DNA of 62,856 nucleotides, filler included, from Choristocarpus tenellus KU-1152 (Eukaryota; Protista; Phaeophyceae), in assembly GCA_964200185.2 (NCBI GenBank). It is 9 parts of 9 records of this genome, joined end to end, with 100 filler letters (N's around TTAATTAATTAA, not from the genome) between each part and the next. Parts side by side here need not be neighbours in the genome. Positions count along the whole stretch, not along the records: positions 42,799 to 62,856 come from CAXNAD020000420.1; 8 more parts are not named here. One strand, written 5' to 3'. Within the stretch, counting starts at the first letter, position 1. Each line of letters opens with the position of its first letter. Below, piece by piece: positions 62,621-62,856 of the stretch. Under the pieces are notes generated by a model. It did not search any database, was not told the DNA's origin, and saw nothing but the letters and a program-made list of their open reading frames with translations. The translations under genes were made by a program, and so were the position numbers.

Positions 62621-62856
62621 AGCAACTATTATCTTATCTGTGAAGTAGAGCAAACCTTTCGAATTTTGCGTAAGGCCGATCTGTTTAGGGATAGAGTTTG
62701 AACGCGTTTTTTTGGCTAGCCGTTTTATTTTTGTCATGCAATTACGTAGGACCCCCAAAATAAATTACTGTGGTAGGTAGATAGCTCCAGACCCAAAGTA
62801 TCTGGGAGGGGGGGGGGGTCTACACCAGGGTGTCCATTTGGACCAAAATCAGGAAA

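Noticed and set aside
134-62625. Most short ORFs in the six-frame track
   Set aside because: Antisense shadows of exons or transposons, or chance ORFs in introns; no recognisable Fanzor/TnpB, viral or operon-like system was found.

Overview
Eukaryotic, intron-rich, transposon-rich draft assembly. The window is a concatenation of 9 unrelated contigs (1-3397, 3498-8972, 9073-13200, 13301-15968, 16069-25105, 25206-28059, 28160-36459, 36560-42698, 42799-62856) joined by artificial 100-nt N/TTAATTAATTAA/N linkers, so gene order across linkers is meaningless. Gene content and repeat style suggest a flagellated photosynthetic stramenopile, possibly a brown alga or close relative (inference). Host gene fragments: 4 exons of a homomeric acetyl-CoA carboxylase, the last 6 exons of RPAP1, 2 exons of a SWR1/SRCAP-type SNF2 ATPase, the last exon of a SAM-methyltransferase-like gene, the last 4 exons of CFAP61, a secreted Cys-rich orphan, and a small two-exon gene whose product resembles the mitochondrial calcium-uniporter regulator EMRE. 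The rest is mostly decayed mobile DNA: Gypsy, Copia, LINE, DIRS-like and KDZ-like remnants, a plant-mariner-like (DD40D) transposon, a PIF/Harbinger-like element and two related MITE families with 3-bp TSDs. Most notable: the EMRE-like gene, strong CpG-specific decay of transposon copies (suggesting DNA methylation), two consecutive GC-AG introns in RPAP1, and the Harbinger/MITE system.
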